Assembly: GCF_006345805.1 (NCBI RefSeq)
Contig: NC_043004.1
Span: 31,992,001 to 32,056,000, forward strand
From: Octopus sinensis
Lineage: Eukaryota
Reading direction: 5' to 3'
DNA length: 64,000 nucleotides
The position numbers and the translations under genes were made by a program. The notes under the pieces are model-generated. The model had not been told where the DNA came from, searched no databases, and saw nothing but the letters and a program-made list of their open reading frames with translations. Shown here in pieces: positions 1 to 12,118 of this stretch (position 1 is its first letter; each line of letters starts with the position of its first letter).

Positions 1-1040
1 CTCTTAGTAAGTCTATTTTACAAGATTCATCATCATTGTTTTAATATCCACTTTTCCATGATGGCATAGCTCACAGAATTTGATGAAACAGATTTTCTGT
101 AGCTAGATGCCCTTTTCACCAACCTTCATCTGTTTCCAAGCAAGGTAATATATCCCTATGATTGGACATGTTATGGAAGATTGAAAACAAATGATGCTCC
201 ATGTATGACACTTATTTACAACTATCATGCTGTGTCATTCATGCCATGTCAAGACAAGGACACACACATACACAATGAGCTTTGGTCAGCCCAGGGTTAC
301 AGTAGGAGACATCAAGATACCATGCAGTGGGACTGAACCTGAAACTATGTGGTTGGAAAGCAAACTTCTAAATCACACAACCAGGCTTGCACCTATGATT
401 TACAGTTACAAGTTTGGAGCATCTGTATATTTATTTTTGAAGAAAGCTTTTTCTTTTTATAGTTGAATATCTCCTTTCTTACAGCTAACTTTTTTAATTG
501 AAACAGTAGGCAGCTGTTATCAGCTAGGTCAGCTTTCTATAATCAAAAAAGACAAATCCTTTCGCGGTGTAGCTTACAGGGAATTTTCTTGGAGAAAATT
601 TCCTTCATTGCCTTTATGTAAACATAGAACTCTGTGGAAGTAACATTACTCATTGATTTAGCTCAGTAACTGAAATGTGTTCGTGAATTTTTTTCGAAGG
701 ATATTGGCGACAAAGTAAATACATTACCTTTAACTGAATATTAAATGTGCAGTGTTCACTTGGTGAGTGCTTAACTCACCAGCAGCAACAAGAAGGGAGA
801 AGAAACATTCAGTTAAGTATAGTAGCAGGGAACTGGTAGGTTTTTCATGGTCTGCATTTGTATTGATCAAATGGGAATGGTTTACTTCAAAATAATGGAA
901 ACCAAATTTTCAAGGAGAGTCATTTCTACACTATCTTCTTCAATGAAAAAAATAATAGATATCATTCTGTGCATCACATTTGTCTTCATGATACCCTAAC
1001 ATAAACTTCTTTTCTTCATATACATCAGCGAGTTTTTTAA

Positions 1041-1268
1041 TTAACCCTTTCGTTACTGTATTTCTTTTGAGATGCTCTGTGATTCTTTCAATTACTTTGA
1101 ATATAACAAAGAATTTAGTAAAATAACTTAGTTATCATTAAGCTAGTGTTAGGAACATAAATTGTGACTAAGGTTTGGTGGAAGATTTTAATTCAAAACT
1201 TATGAAAACAAGACAATTGCACTCAGAGCCAGGGCCGGTTTCAGCTGGGTTGGTAATGAAAGGGTTAA
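1041..1268. mobile_element. piggyBac-type MITE (220 bp)
   Basis: TTAA|CCCTTTCGTTAC ... GTAATGAAAGGG|TTAA; TIR matches at 11/12 and TTAA is duplicated. Confidence 0.85.
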
Positions 1269-2057
1269 ATATGATTGTTTAATGCTTTTTCTTCATCATT
1301 ACTAATAACTTGTGTAGGTGCAATGTAGCCAAATGGTTAATAAGTCTGCTTCACAATCACAAGGTGTTAGGTTCAGTTCCACTGCATGGCATCTTGGCAA
1401 GTGTCATTTTCTATAGCCTCAAGTTGACTTGTGTTTTGAATCAAAATGGGTAGACAGAAACTGTGTGGAAGCCTGCTGGATATTTTATACCTATGATTCG
1501 AAGGTCCAGTGTTGTCATCATCCTTGTTTAATGTCTATTTTCCATACTGGTGTGAATTGGACAGTTTGACAAGAGCTGACCAGCTGAAGAGCTGTCTGGG
1601 CTCCATGTCTGTTTTGGCATGGTTTCTACTGCTGGATGCCCTTCCTAATGCTAGCCACTTCACAGAGTGTACTAGGTGCTTTTACACTACACAGCACTGG
1701 CATGGGTGCTTTTCACATGGTACCAGCACCCACAAGCCCACAAGATTAGGATCACTCAGCTGAAGAGAGATGTAGGGAACATGCCTATATGCAAGGACAA
1801 CCACTACCTGAGAATTTACATTGAGGGCACATACCTGTGGAATGCTCAATCTTTTAACATCATCTTTTAACATCTGTTTTCCATGCTGGCATACTAATTA
1901 ATGAACAAGTAATTTAACCAATCAATCAATTGAACACTCATGGTCCAAACTTCTGGCTTGGATTAATTTACTTATTGTTCATCAATAATTATTATTGTTA
2001 AATTCTTTATATTTTACTATAAATACTGATGTACTATGTTTCTATCATGCATTTCAG

Positions 2058-2340
2058 ATACACAAAAGCTTGCTTGATTGCATCAATAATTTTTGTGCTG
2101 GAAAAAACCAGTGTGATTGAAGCTCCACATGCAGTGATCTACTTTGGTGTCGTCATTTTCTTTGTTTACTTCAAACTATCCTCACTTCTCTTTGGAATCC
2201 ATGACCCTTTCGTTCCATTTGAGAACCTATTCTGTGCGATATTCCTTGGTGGAATGTGGGATGCCATGCGTCGCGCTATCAGCAGCAGCAAGTCATCTGA
2301 TGACTCTGGCAAAAGCAAGACTGAGAAGAAGAATGATTAG
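2058..2340 (+). CDS. TMEM38: Last coding exon of a trimeric intracellular cation channel (TRIC/TMEM38 family); upstream exons not found in the window
   Basis: Acceptor tttcag at 2052-2057, then YTKACLIASIIFVLEKTSVIEAPHAVIYFGVVIFFVYFKLSSLLFGIHDPFVPFENLFCAIFLGG...KKND*. This resembles the TRIC C-terminal TM region (xTKxxL..S.IF; F.PFE.L) and its basic tail. Confidence 0.88.
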
Positions 2341-2505
2341 AACTTGCAATCAGGAATAGTGGCAAAAACATGGGTGGGAGATAGTAATTGGTATGTTTTT
2401 TTTTTAGTTTTTTTTTTTATTGCAAGAAGTATTGAAGTTAGGCAGGGGATTGTCATCTGCAAGCACAATATAGGGGTGCCTAACATAGATAACTAACTAT
2501 ATATA

Positions 2506-2543
<38 letters not shown>

Positions 2544-3335
2544 ATGTACGCACACACATTTTTTAAAAAATGTACTGCGATCTGTTCTAACAGTATTTCG
2601 TAAAATAACAATGAAATCAGTAAAAAAAAATACACTTAAAAAATGAAATACATTTAAAAAAAACTCTTCTCCCTCCAAGTGGAATTGGACATTAAGAGAA
2701 ATGTGTTGAGAAATCAGCATTTCTTGGAAAAATATTACAAAAAAAAAAAATAAAGAGAAATTCCTAAAAACTTAGAATTTTGAATCTTATTTTTGTGTTA
2801 ACAAAATTAAAATTCTTAGAAAATGACACTCATTAATTATTGAATCTGTTTAGTACACTAGGACATTTAATCTTTATTTGATTTTTTAATAAATTTTTAT
2901 GCGAAATAATTTATCTCAAAATATTGAGTTTTTTTTTTTTTTTGAGCAAGTGTCTGATATTTAAATCTTTGCAAAAAAATAAAAGGAACAAAAATGGATT
3001 TTAGAGAAAGATAAAAGGCAGTAGCAGTGGATGACAGAACAAAGCCAGTTTTGGTAAAAACATTTCTTTGCCAACAATTTCTGTCTCTTTTATCTTCTCT
3101 AAGTATATATTTCTTCATTGTTGTCACTTTTTAGAAACTCATGTCATTGTTCAAAATAAAATGCTGTCCCTCCACCACGCACACACACATGCACTAATTA
3201 AAAACATACAAATGACTGTCAAAAGAAAGCAAATTTACTACGTTTTCTCTGATATACCCCCACCCTGTTATTTTTTCCAGGTTATTTGATGATAGCAATT
3301 TAAATTTAGCCTTACTCCAGGCAATCATTCACACA

Positions 3336-3337
<2 letters not shown>

Positions 3338-3388
<51 letters not shown>
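3338..3388. repeat. (TA)n microsatellite (another at about 2500-2545)
   Basis: Direct read of the sequence. Confidence 0.95.
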
Positions 3389-3391
<3 letters not shown>

Positions 3392-5858
3392 ATGTATGCA
3401 TATGCATATATACATATATTGTGTATATGTGTTAAATTAAAGATTAGAAGCTCCCCCATTCAGTAACCATAGACGAGAAATGTATAGTACCATCTGTGTG
3501 CATGTGGAGACTGAATATTATGAGAAAATGTTTCCTTTAGAAGTTTAGCACCCCTCCCTCCACCATATATATGAAGGCTTAGTGATTATGGTGTTGCATT
3601 CATGATTACGAGATCATGGTTTTGATCCCCAGATTGGGTGTTGCCTTGTGTTCTTGAGCAAAACACTTTGTTTCATGTTGCTTTGCAATCACCTTGTCAT
3701 CTGACATGTGGCACCTGTACAGGTAATGTCAATTTAATGGAGAGAGTGAGTTTATGCAAGCATAAACTTTTGTCTAACGATAGGAGAGACCATGATGTGT
3801 GTGCTATTCTAAGACTAGCTTCCAGTTGCCATCATTTTACTGCTGATTGATGTTATAATCTCTGAATAAATATTTGCTAATGAGTGCCAGACACTTGCAA
3901 TGCTGGATTCTAACACAGACACGGAAGCCATATTTGTTGTTCTTCCATCAAATGTATCAGGGTTAGGATAACTTGATGATTGATCTTATTAAGCAGATAT
4001 ATTAGTCTTTTTAATTACATATAAAAAGATGTTGCAACTAAGGCACAGTAATGTGTGTGTGTGTGTTTACTCACATATACACACACGCATTCTTTTGTCA
4101 GAAATTTTTATGCATATGTAGAACATCAAACAATCATACATGCTATGCACACACATACATGCATCATATATACATTGCATTTACATTGTTCTAAATTGCA
4201 GGAAGTTAAAATTTACTTCCTTACGTCACAAGGCCTTCACTAGGCCAGTTACGATATTTGACATTTTTGTATGTAAAGAGTCTTAAGTCTCTCAACAAAG
4301 AATACATTTTTCTTACTGATCTCTTCAGCTCTAATTATTCCTTAGTTTTCTTTTACATTATCTTATTTTTATTTTGTTTATACATGTTAAATGTTCATCT
4401 ATTTGCAGCTTTGCAGAATATTTTTTAAAATTCCAGATGTGAAAGAAAATATGTCATTTTCTTTTCTTTTGGGGCTTGATTTGTTCCCTTATGTTTGTAT
4501 GTTTAACCTGTTTGAGTTTTCCTTTATTCAGTGACATTGAATAAAAATTATTTCTACCTATCATCTTGAACTCTTTGAACTGACATCAATTTGACATGTC
4601 TTTATGTTCTGAGCTCAAATTCCACTGAGGTCAACTTTGCCTTTCATCCTTTAGGGGTTATAAATTAAGTACCAGTTGTGTACTGGGGTCAATCTAATCG
4701 ACCCCCCCCTCCCCCAAAATTTCAGGCCTTGTGCCTGTAGTAAAAAAGATTATTATTAAAGGTAGCAAGCTGGCAGAATCGTTACTGCACCAAACAAAAT
4801 GCTTAGTACTTCTATCTTTATGTTCTGAGTTCAAATGGCGCTGAGGTTAACTTCACTTTTGGGGTTGATGAAATAAGTACCAGTTGAGTGCTGGGGTCAG
4901 TGTAGTTGACTTACCCCTTTCCCTTTCTGGCCTTGTGCCAAGATTTTAACCATTATTATTATCGAAACCGAACTGCTACTGTAAGGTCTTTAGCACCACT
5001 ACTTACCCTACTTTTACCAAAAAAAATGTCTTGTAGCTGTTGTCTTGTGTATGTATGTGTGTGTGTATATATATTTGTCTATAAGAAGATAAGACTTGGA
5101 TAGATTTTTGTTTTCTTTGCAGCTAATACCATTCTTGTTGTATATTTGTGTGTTCTAGCCAGGTCTGTGTTAAGCAGTCACTGTTCAAGTGTGTGTGAGT
5201 GCATTATCCTAATTTAATTGAAAGTCTGTTAACTCTTTTAATGTTGAACTATTCATATTCTATCTGGTCTGGTCTGGTCTGGTCTGGTTAGTACAGGGAC
5301 AGAATGTAATTCATTTGCTATGGTGAAAGACAAACACCAATCACAAACCAATTCTAAATCCTTTAAACACTCTTCCTTTAAGGCTACACATTCATTTCTT
5401 TTGAAATAGACTCATTTAATTTTCCTTTTCTTAGCACAGGATCTATATTTAAGTTACCGGAACTGTTGAAATGCAAACAGCTCAACATTAAATTGGTCAA
5501 TGATTGTTCTTGTATGTTCAGACTGTGTATTATTGATCTCTCTACTCTAATTACACACAGACAATATACATACATGCATCCACTACTTCTTTTAAAATTT
5601 TATTTCTGTTCTTTTAAGCCCCCTACATAAGACACATTTTATTTACCGTTTAATAAGAACTTCAAATAAAACTTTTCAAAGATCTATCTATACCTAAGAT
5701 CGTTTTTGTCTTTCTTTTCATCATCATGGTTTTATTGTCCACATTCCCACGTTTGCAAGATTTAGATAAAATTCAAAGAAGCAGATTTTCTATGACTGGA
5801 CACCCTTCTTGTTAGAGCCCTCACTTGCTTCTCTTGATCCATCAAACAGGAACAGCAC

Positions 5859-6510
5859 AATAATAATAATAATAATAATAATTGTGTACAGTGCTCAGGT
5901 GCACTACAACTCATCTAAAGTGTATATATAATCAGGTGTAGTTTCGGCGGATTTCGGAAAGCATGAGGGCCTTAAAAGATGCAGTGTCATGGCAGTCAAC
6001 AACTGACGCAGGCAGTTTATTCCATGCTTCAGCAACTCTGAGCGTGAAAAAATGTTTCCGAAAGTCATGAGAGCTGTATTGTTTTCTGACTTTGTAGGCA
6101 TGTCCACGTGTGTTAGACACATGGAGATCAAAAAGGTGTTCAGTGTTGTTGTTGGTGAGGTGGTTGATAACTTTGTGGGTGTTTACCAAGTCCGTCGCCA
6201 GACGCCGGAGCTTCAGTGAATCCATGCCCAGGGAAACAAGGCGCTCAGAATATGGTAGGTGTCTGATGGAGGGTATGCGTTTGGTTGCACGTCTCTGGAC
6301 AGATTCCAGGAGGTCAATGTTCTGTGCAAGATAGGGGTTCCAAACTGATGATGCAAACTCCAAGTGTGGTCGTACCATAGCTGTATACAGTTTTAAATAG
6401 ATGGCTGGAGAGCGGCTAACAAAAGACCTGCTGAGTGATGCCAAGACACCCTCGGCCTTCCTGACAATCTTAGAGATATGCTTTGTCCAACGCAAATCAC
6501 TGCTGACAGT
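5859..6510 (-). mobile_element. 5'-truncated CR1/L2-clade LINE (RT C-terminus, 3' UTR, (ATT)n tail)
   Basis: Open frame ...YTAMVRPHLEFASSVWNPY...LESVQRRATKRI...FFTLRVAEAWNKLP, followed by a 3' UTR and (ATT)n tail. Confidence 0.92.
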
Positions 6511-7018
6511 CGGGCATATTTTCGCTGAAGATTGCAAACAAGACTACTCATGATGATGACATTATTTTTCAATTAGCATGCAATGTCAAGACAAGGAGAC
6601 AGGAACACATACACCTTTTCTTTAGAAGCCAGAATAATTTCTTTAATGATAATATAAATTTGGCATTTAGAAAAACTTTTGTGTATATGAAAAAAAGAAT
6701 TAAACAGATGTATTTCTCTTCTTGATTCTTGTAAGATCTTATTTTCAGATTTTAAACTCTGGTTGGCTTTACAAAAGAAAAAAAATGAAAAGGGGAAATG
6801 TATTTTTACAATACTTTCTATAATGCATCAATTTAATGTTGCTGTTTGTTGAACAGATGCCAAAATCTTTCTGGATCAGAAAAAAGTTACTTTTCTGTAG
6901 AAAGTATCTTAAACCAGGTAGATTTGTCCCTTTTAAGTAGTGACTTTCGGAAAATTGTGGAAAGTGATTCACATTTTCATTTTTTTCTCTCAGATCTTAG
7001 CATTTTAAAACGTATTTC

Positions 7019-7216
7019 TTAATCCTTTAGCATTTAATCCAGCACAAATATTCCACCTATGTTAAAACTGGCCAACTCCAACTTCTCACACCTACTCTAC
7101 ACTGTTATTCTAAAAATATACAACCATTGAAGCTAAAAGATAATGCGTGATTAATTCAAAACAATGACTAATAAGCAATACATTTTGACAAAGCAGTCTG
7201 AATTCCAAGGGGCTAA
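7019..7216. mobile_element. Degenerate TTAA-flanked MITE of a second family (another copy at 59145-59327)
   Basis: Ends ttaa-(c/t)cctttagcatt ... tctgaatgct(a)aaggg-ttaa are recognisable in both copies, with similar interiors. Confidence 0.6.
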
Positions 7217-7327
7217 TATAATCTCTTGATTAGCCACCTCTATGGCAAGGGGAAAGAACTTTCTTGCCAGGAATTCATATGTTAAGTTTTTCAAAAGTGA
7301 GGGGAATAACATATATTATCTTAGTGA

Positions 7328-7533
7328 AAGGCAGCAAGCTGGCAGAAACGTTAGTACACCAGGCGAAATGCGTTGCCGTATTTCGTCTGTCGATACGTTC
7401 CGAGGTCGACTTCGCCTTTCATCCTTTCGGGGTCGATAAATTAAGTACCAGATACGCACTGGGGTCGATGTAATCGACTTAATCCCCTTGTTTGTCCCCT
7501 CTGTGTTTAGCCCCTTGTGGGTTGTAAAGAAAT
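7328..7533 (+). mobile_element. Young tRNA-derived SINE with 17-bp TSD
   Basis: TSD atatattatcttagtga at 7311-7327 and 7534-7550; CpGs retained. Confidence 0.88.
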
Positions 7534-8324
7534 ATATATTATCTTAGTGATTATTGATTTTTTTTTTCTTAACTTTTAAATTCAATTCTGTATGTGAGCA
7601 TGGATTTGGCTCACTTTTGAGAAATTCCTGTAACAGCATCGTTTAGAGTATTCCTAGCTGCCCTTGACTCATTGGTGTCAAGATTGAGTTCTACAAATTT
7701 TTGTTCTACATGAAAAACGGGGAAAATAATTAACAGGTGTTGTCATACATTTGGCATATGAAAATCCAAATAGTGTCTCATTATGTGACAATGCTAATAA
7801 AAAACAATAGAAATAAATCTCGAACATTTTCCCTCTTAGTTTATTCCATGTAAAGTCACAATTCTTATTTCTTACACTCTAAATTGTGCTTAGTAGTTAT
7901 CTCCCTTGACTAAGTAGACTCAAAACAAAAGCATCCATAAGTTTAGATGGATTTAACTTCACAATTCTCTCTCTTCCTGTAATCCTTTTGAGTTTAACAT
8001 TTCAAGATCAAATTTTATATTTGTAACTTTACACCTTCAGTCATAATGATATTAATATTCCTATACTTTTATAAATTTCCCCATGGTTGTGAGTACAAAG
8101 ATTAAGGCAGTGGAGTATTAGAGGTTTGAGAACACTTGACTAGTGTTATTGCATTTACATACAGCATTTAAATATTATAGCAATGCAAGTGGAGAATTTA
8201 TATTGCCTTTAACCCCTTCACAAGTGATAAAATAAGTATAAGTCATGTACTTCACTTGAGTTGAAATGATTAGCTCTTCCTTACAACACTGCAGCTTTGA
8301 AGCAATGTGAGAAACTATTGTGTT

Positions 8325-9325
8325 CTGGGTTCAAATACCACTGAGGTTGACTTTGCCTTTCATCCTTTCAGGCTCAACAAAATAAGTACCTCTAACCCCT
8401 AAAATTGCTGCTCTTTTGCTAAAATTTGAAACCATTATTATTAAGTAGGCTTTGAGCCAGCAGAATCATTAGCTTGCTGGATAAAAATGCTTAGCCACAT
8501 TTCATCAGTCTTTACATCCTGAGTTCAAATTCTACCAAGGTCAACCTCACTTTTCATTGCTTCGGAGTTAATAAAGTAAAGTACCAGTCAAAAACAGGTT
8601 GATGTAATTGACCTCCTCCTCCCCTCAAAACCTTTGGCCTTGTGCTTAAATTAGAAATGATTATTATCATTATATCGAACTGGTAGAATCATTAGCATGC
8701 CAGGCAAAATGCTTAGCATTTCATCTGTCTTTATGCTCTGAGGTCAACTTTGTCTTTCATCCTTTCGGGGTTGATAACAATAAGTACCAGTTGAACATAG
8801 GGTCGATGTAATGGACTCATCTTCACCCCCAAAATTTCTGCCCTTGCGGCAAAATTTTAAACCATTATTATTAAGGTGGTGAGCTGGCAGAATTGTTAGC
8901 ATGGTGGACAAAATGTTTAGCAGTATTTTGCCTGTCACTATGTTCTGAGTTCAAATTTAGCCGAGGTCAACTTTGCCTTTCATTCTTTTGGGGTTGATAA
9001 AATAAGTACCAGTTGAACATTGGGATCGATATAGTTGATTCGTTCTCACCTCCTACATGCTGCCCTTGTGGAAAAAATTTGAAATAATTATTATTATTGA
9101 GTGGTGGAGTAAGGTGGCAAGCTGGCAAAATCATTAGCATGCCAGCCAAAATGCTTAGTGGTATTTCGTCTGTCTTCACATTCTGAGTTCAAATGCTGCT
9201 GGGGCAGCCTTTCATCCTTTCGGGGTTGATAAATTAAGTACCAACGAAACACTGCGGTCGGCGTAATCAACTTACCCCCAACCCCAAAATTTCAGGCCTT
9301 GTGCTTATAGTAAAAAGGATTATCG
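8325..9325 (+). mobile_element. Five head-to-tail copies of one SINE family (a smaller cluster at 4610-4960)
   Basis: Repeated ggtggcgagctggcagaa...gaggtcaactttgcctttcatcctttcgggg...aaatttgaaaccattattatt units. Confidence 0.88.
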
Positions 9326-10473
9326 TTGAGTAGTGGAGATTGTCAGACTATCAGAAAAAATACCTTGTGTATAGGTATGTCAAGAGCGGTATTGGTAAAT
9401 TCCAGAAAGCATGGAATTTTTTAAGAATGCAATGTCCTGACAGCTAACAAAAGTCACATGTAGTTTATTCGACAATTCTGAGCATGAAAGAATGTTTCTA
9501 AAAGTCAGGGGTGCAATGTAGGTGTTATTTCATTGTTTGGTTTGTTTGATTTAACTGGTGGAGTTTTGTTTGATTAGTGGCAACCAAAATGTTGTCAACA
9601 TCTAAGGTCATACATTGTAGAGGAGATATTTTTTATCAATCCTCCTCCACCTTCTCCCAGGCTCAAAAGACATACTTAGATACACACTCAGGACATGTAA
9701 CATATTTAAACTACTACATTGTATCCTACATAAAAAACTACTACAGTTCAGAGTATACAGTGTGTGGCTGACAACTAGATGAACATGTGGAATATCCAGT
9801 GAGATATATTATATATATAGTCATATTCAGACATTTTATTCTCAACTAGAGTCCATATCAGATTTTTGGGGGTCCATGCAAGAAAAAAAAAATGTAAATC
9901 AGGAATCTGTAGTAGTATTTTAAGAGCCCATTAAAAAGGTTTGATTTAGATGTATTTATTGCAAGAAACATCAATGCTTATTTCTCAAACGTTTTACATA
10001 GTTCAAACAACACAAGTTAATATCTGAAAAGCAAAATAAGAATTTTGAAAGAGGTATCTATAAAGCGAAACATTGAATGGAGATGTTGTGTCTACCAGAA
10101 TAAAACAGTAATCAAAGGAGTCCATAGATTAAAAAGTAGCTAAGAACTTAGTTAAAGGAAGAAAAGCAGTATCTAATGACATTTTTCAGGCCTCCTAAGA
10201 CTAAAGGGAGAAAGTTAACCTCAGCCCAAAACCTAGGTAGAAAACTTGAAATGATGCTAACTCCAAATTTTACTACCAACCTATATGCTATAGATCTACC
10301 TATGCAGGACTCGCCATGACTACACAACAACAACATTAATCAGCAATAAAGATCTCTTACATCACAACTACTGTAATAAAAAAAAAACAAACAAACATGT
10401 AATTATAAGAAAGTAGGTTTATTTCAGGAGCATTATTTACAAGTGTGGCCAAGGATGTAATGTATTAAGATAA

Positions 10474-10893
10474 TTATCGCATCATCACATAATTAGATGG
10501 CAGGGTAATTATAGTCTTTTTAGTAGTAGTAGTAGTAGCAGCAGTAGTAGTTGTGGTAATAGTAGTAGTAGTAGTAGTAGTACTGCTACCTGAAGAACTG
10601 TTTTTCAATTTTTTCACTTCTGCTAATGACATTGCTGAAATCTGCACACTCTTTATAGGTTTTGAGTTAATGTCATTAATATCCTTAATGGTATTGTTAT
10701 CATCCTCATCATCATCATCATCTTCTTCACTTAAGATCTCTCGGACGTTTGAATTGGTATTTGTGTTTTTTTCAAGTTCTGTCGTAATGTGTTCCTTTTG
10801 ATCCAGCAGAGTGCAGGCCCATTTAAGGTCATCTTCCCACAGTTCTTGAACACAGGGATTGAGATGAACGGCCTTGCTGAAAGCTCGTACAGC
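10474..10893 (-). CDS. TTC33: TTC33 coding exon 4 (last), with poly-Asp and poly-Thr tail
   Basis: ttgcag|AVRAFSKAVHLNPCVQELWEDDLKWA...SNYVMMR*. Joined CDS is 846 nt = 281 aa plus stop. An AATAAA lies on the - strand at 10418-10423. Confidence 0.93.
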   Translation of the reverse strand, partial: AVRAFSKAVHLNPCVQELWEDDLKWACTLLDQKEHITTELEKNTNTNSNVREILSEEDDDDDEDDNNTIKDINDINSKPIKSVQISAMSLAEVKKLKNSSSGSSTTTTTTTITTTTTAATTTTTKKTIITLPSNYVMMR

Positions 10894-11852
10894 CTGCAAC
10901 CGTTATAGATTTACCTGGTTAGCTATCAAATTAAATCTGAGATCAGAAGAGCAGGTTTAACTTGAGATAGGCAAACAAAAGTAAATGCTTAAGGGTTTCT
11001 TCTGAACAAACTAAGATATTAATAGTTGTACAACAGACAGTAAAATGACACAACACTGAGTTTGTGTCTTGGTTTCAATTCCCAGGGTCTCTTATGAACA
11101 ACCTAAAGACATTAATAATTACACAACAGACAGTAAACAACCATCATGTTGAATTTTGTGCATTGCTTTCAATTCCTAGGTGTAGTCATTTCACGTCACC
11201 ACCACCACCACCACCAGCTGGATGAGTCTTCATTGGAACATCTTGATCTTGTAACTTAATCCTATTTCCTTTCATAAGTAAAGCAAATCATTTTCAGACC
11301 TCACTGAGTCAATGTCTGGTACATAAGAACATATAATTTAAATCAAAATTAATCATTTTAATTTAATTCCTACCTTCTTATCATAATTGTATCTGACCAA
11401 ATATCTACAATTTCAAGTTGACACAGGTGTCAAGAAAGGCATGTTCATGTCACAGATCCTGTCAACACCCGCTAATGAATGCAATAAGAAGTAGGCATAA
11501 ATATACATATCTACCAGATCACCTATGTAAGAGTAAACTTAAAGATCATTTAATAAGAATCATGACAATCAATAATGAATCACTTCATTCTTAATAAAAT
11601 CTGATTCAAATATGAATATCTCATTGCTGATGATTTTCATCATAAGAGATACCTCCTCCTTTTTTTAGATGATGTGTGTTCACAATACATGCAATTTACT
11701 AATGTAAGGAGACTTTGAGACACCATGGTGTTTTGACCCCTTTGTATGTCTCCTCAATAACATCTACTCCACTGGCTGATTCCTATAAACAAGAGGTCAC
11801 ACTCTTGTTAGATCGAGGAAACACACAACAAAGTTGAAACACCACACTGTTT

Positions 11853-12118
11853 CATGTGTCTAACACACGTGGACATGCCTACAAAGTCAGAAATCAATAC
11901 AGCTCCCATGACTTTCGGAAACATTTTTTCACGCTCAGAGTTGCTGAAGCATGGAATAAACTGCCTGCGTCAGTTGTTGACTGCCATGACACTGCATCTT
12001 TTAAGGCCCTCATGCTTTCCGAAATCCGCCGAAACTACACCTGATTATATATACACTTTAGATGAGTTGTAGTGCACCTGAGCACTGTACACAATTATTA
12101 TTATTATTATTATTATTA
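11853..12118 (+). mobile_element. 3' fragment of the same CR1/L2 LINE
   Basis: Nearly identical to the reverse complement of 5859-6122 (about 2 substitutions seen by eye); (ATT)n tail. Confidence 0.92.

Noticed and set aside
10553-10801. Hydrophobic + strand ORF
   Set aside because: Antisense shadow of the TTC33 poly-Thr/Asp exon.
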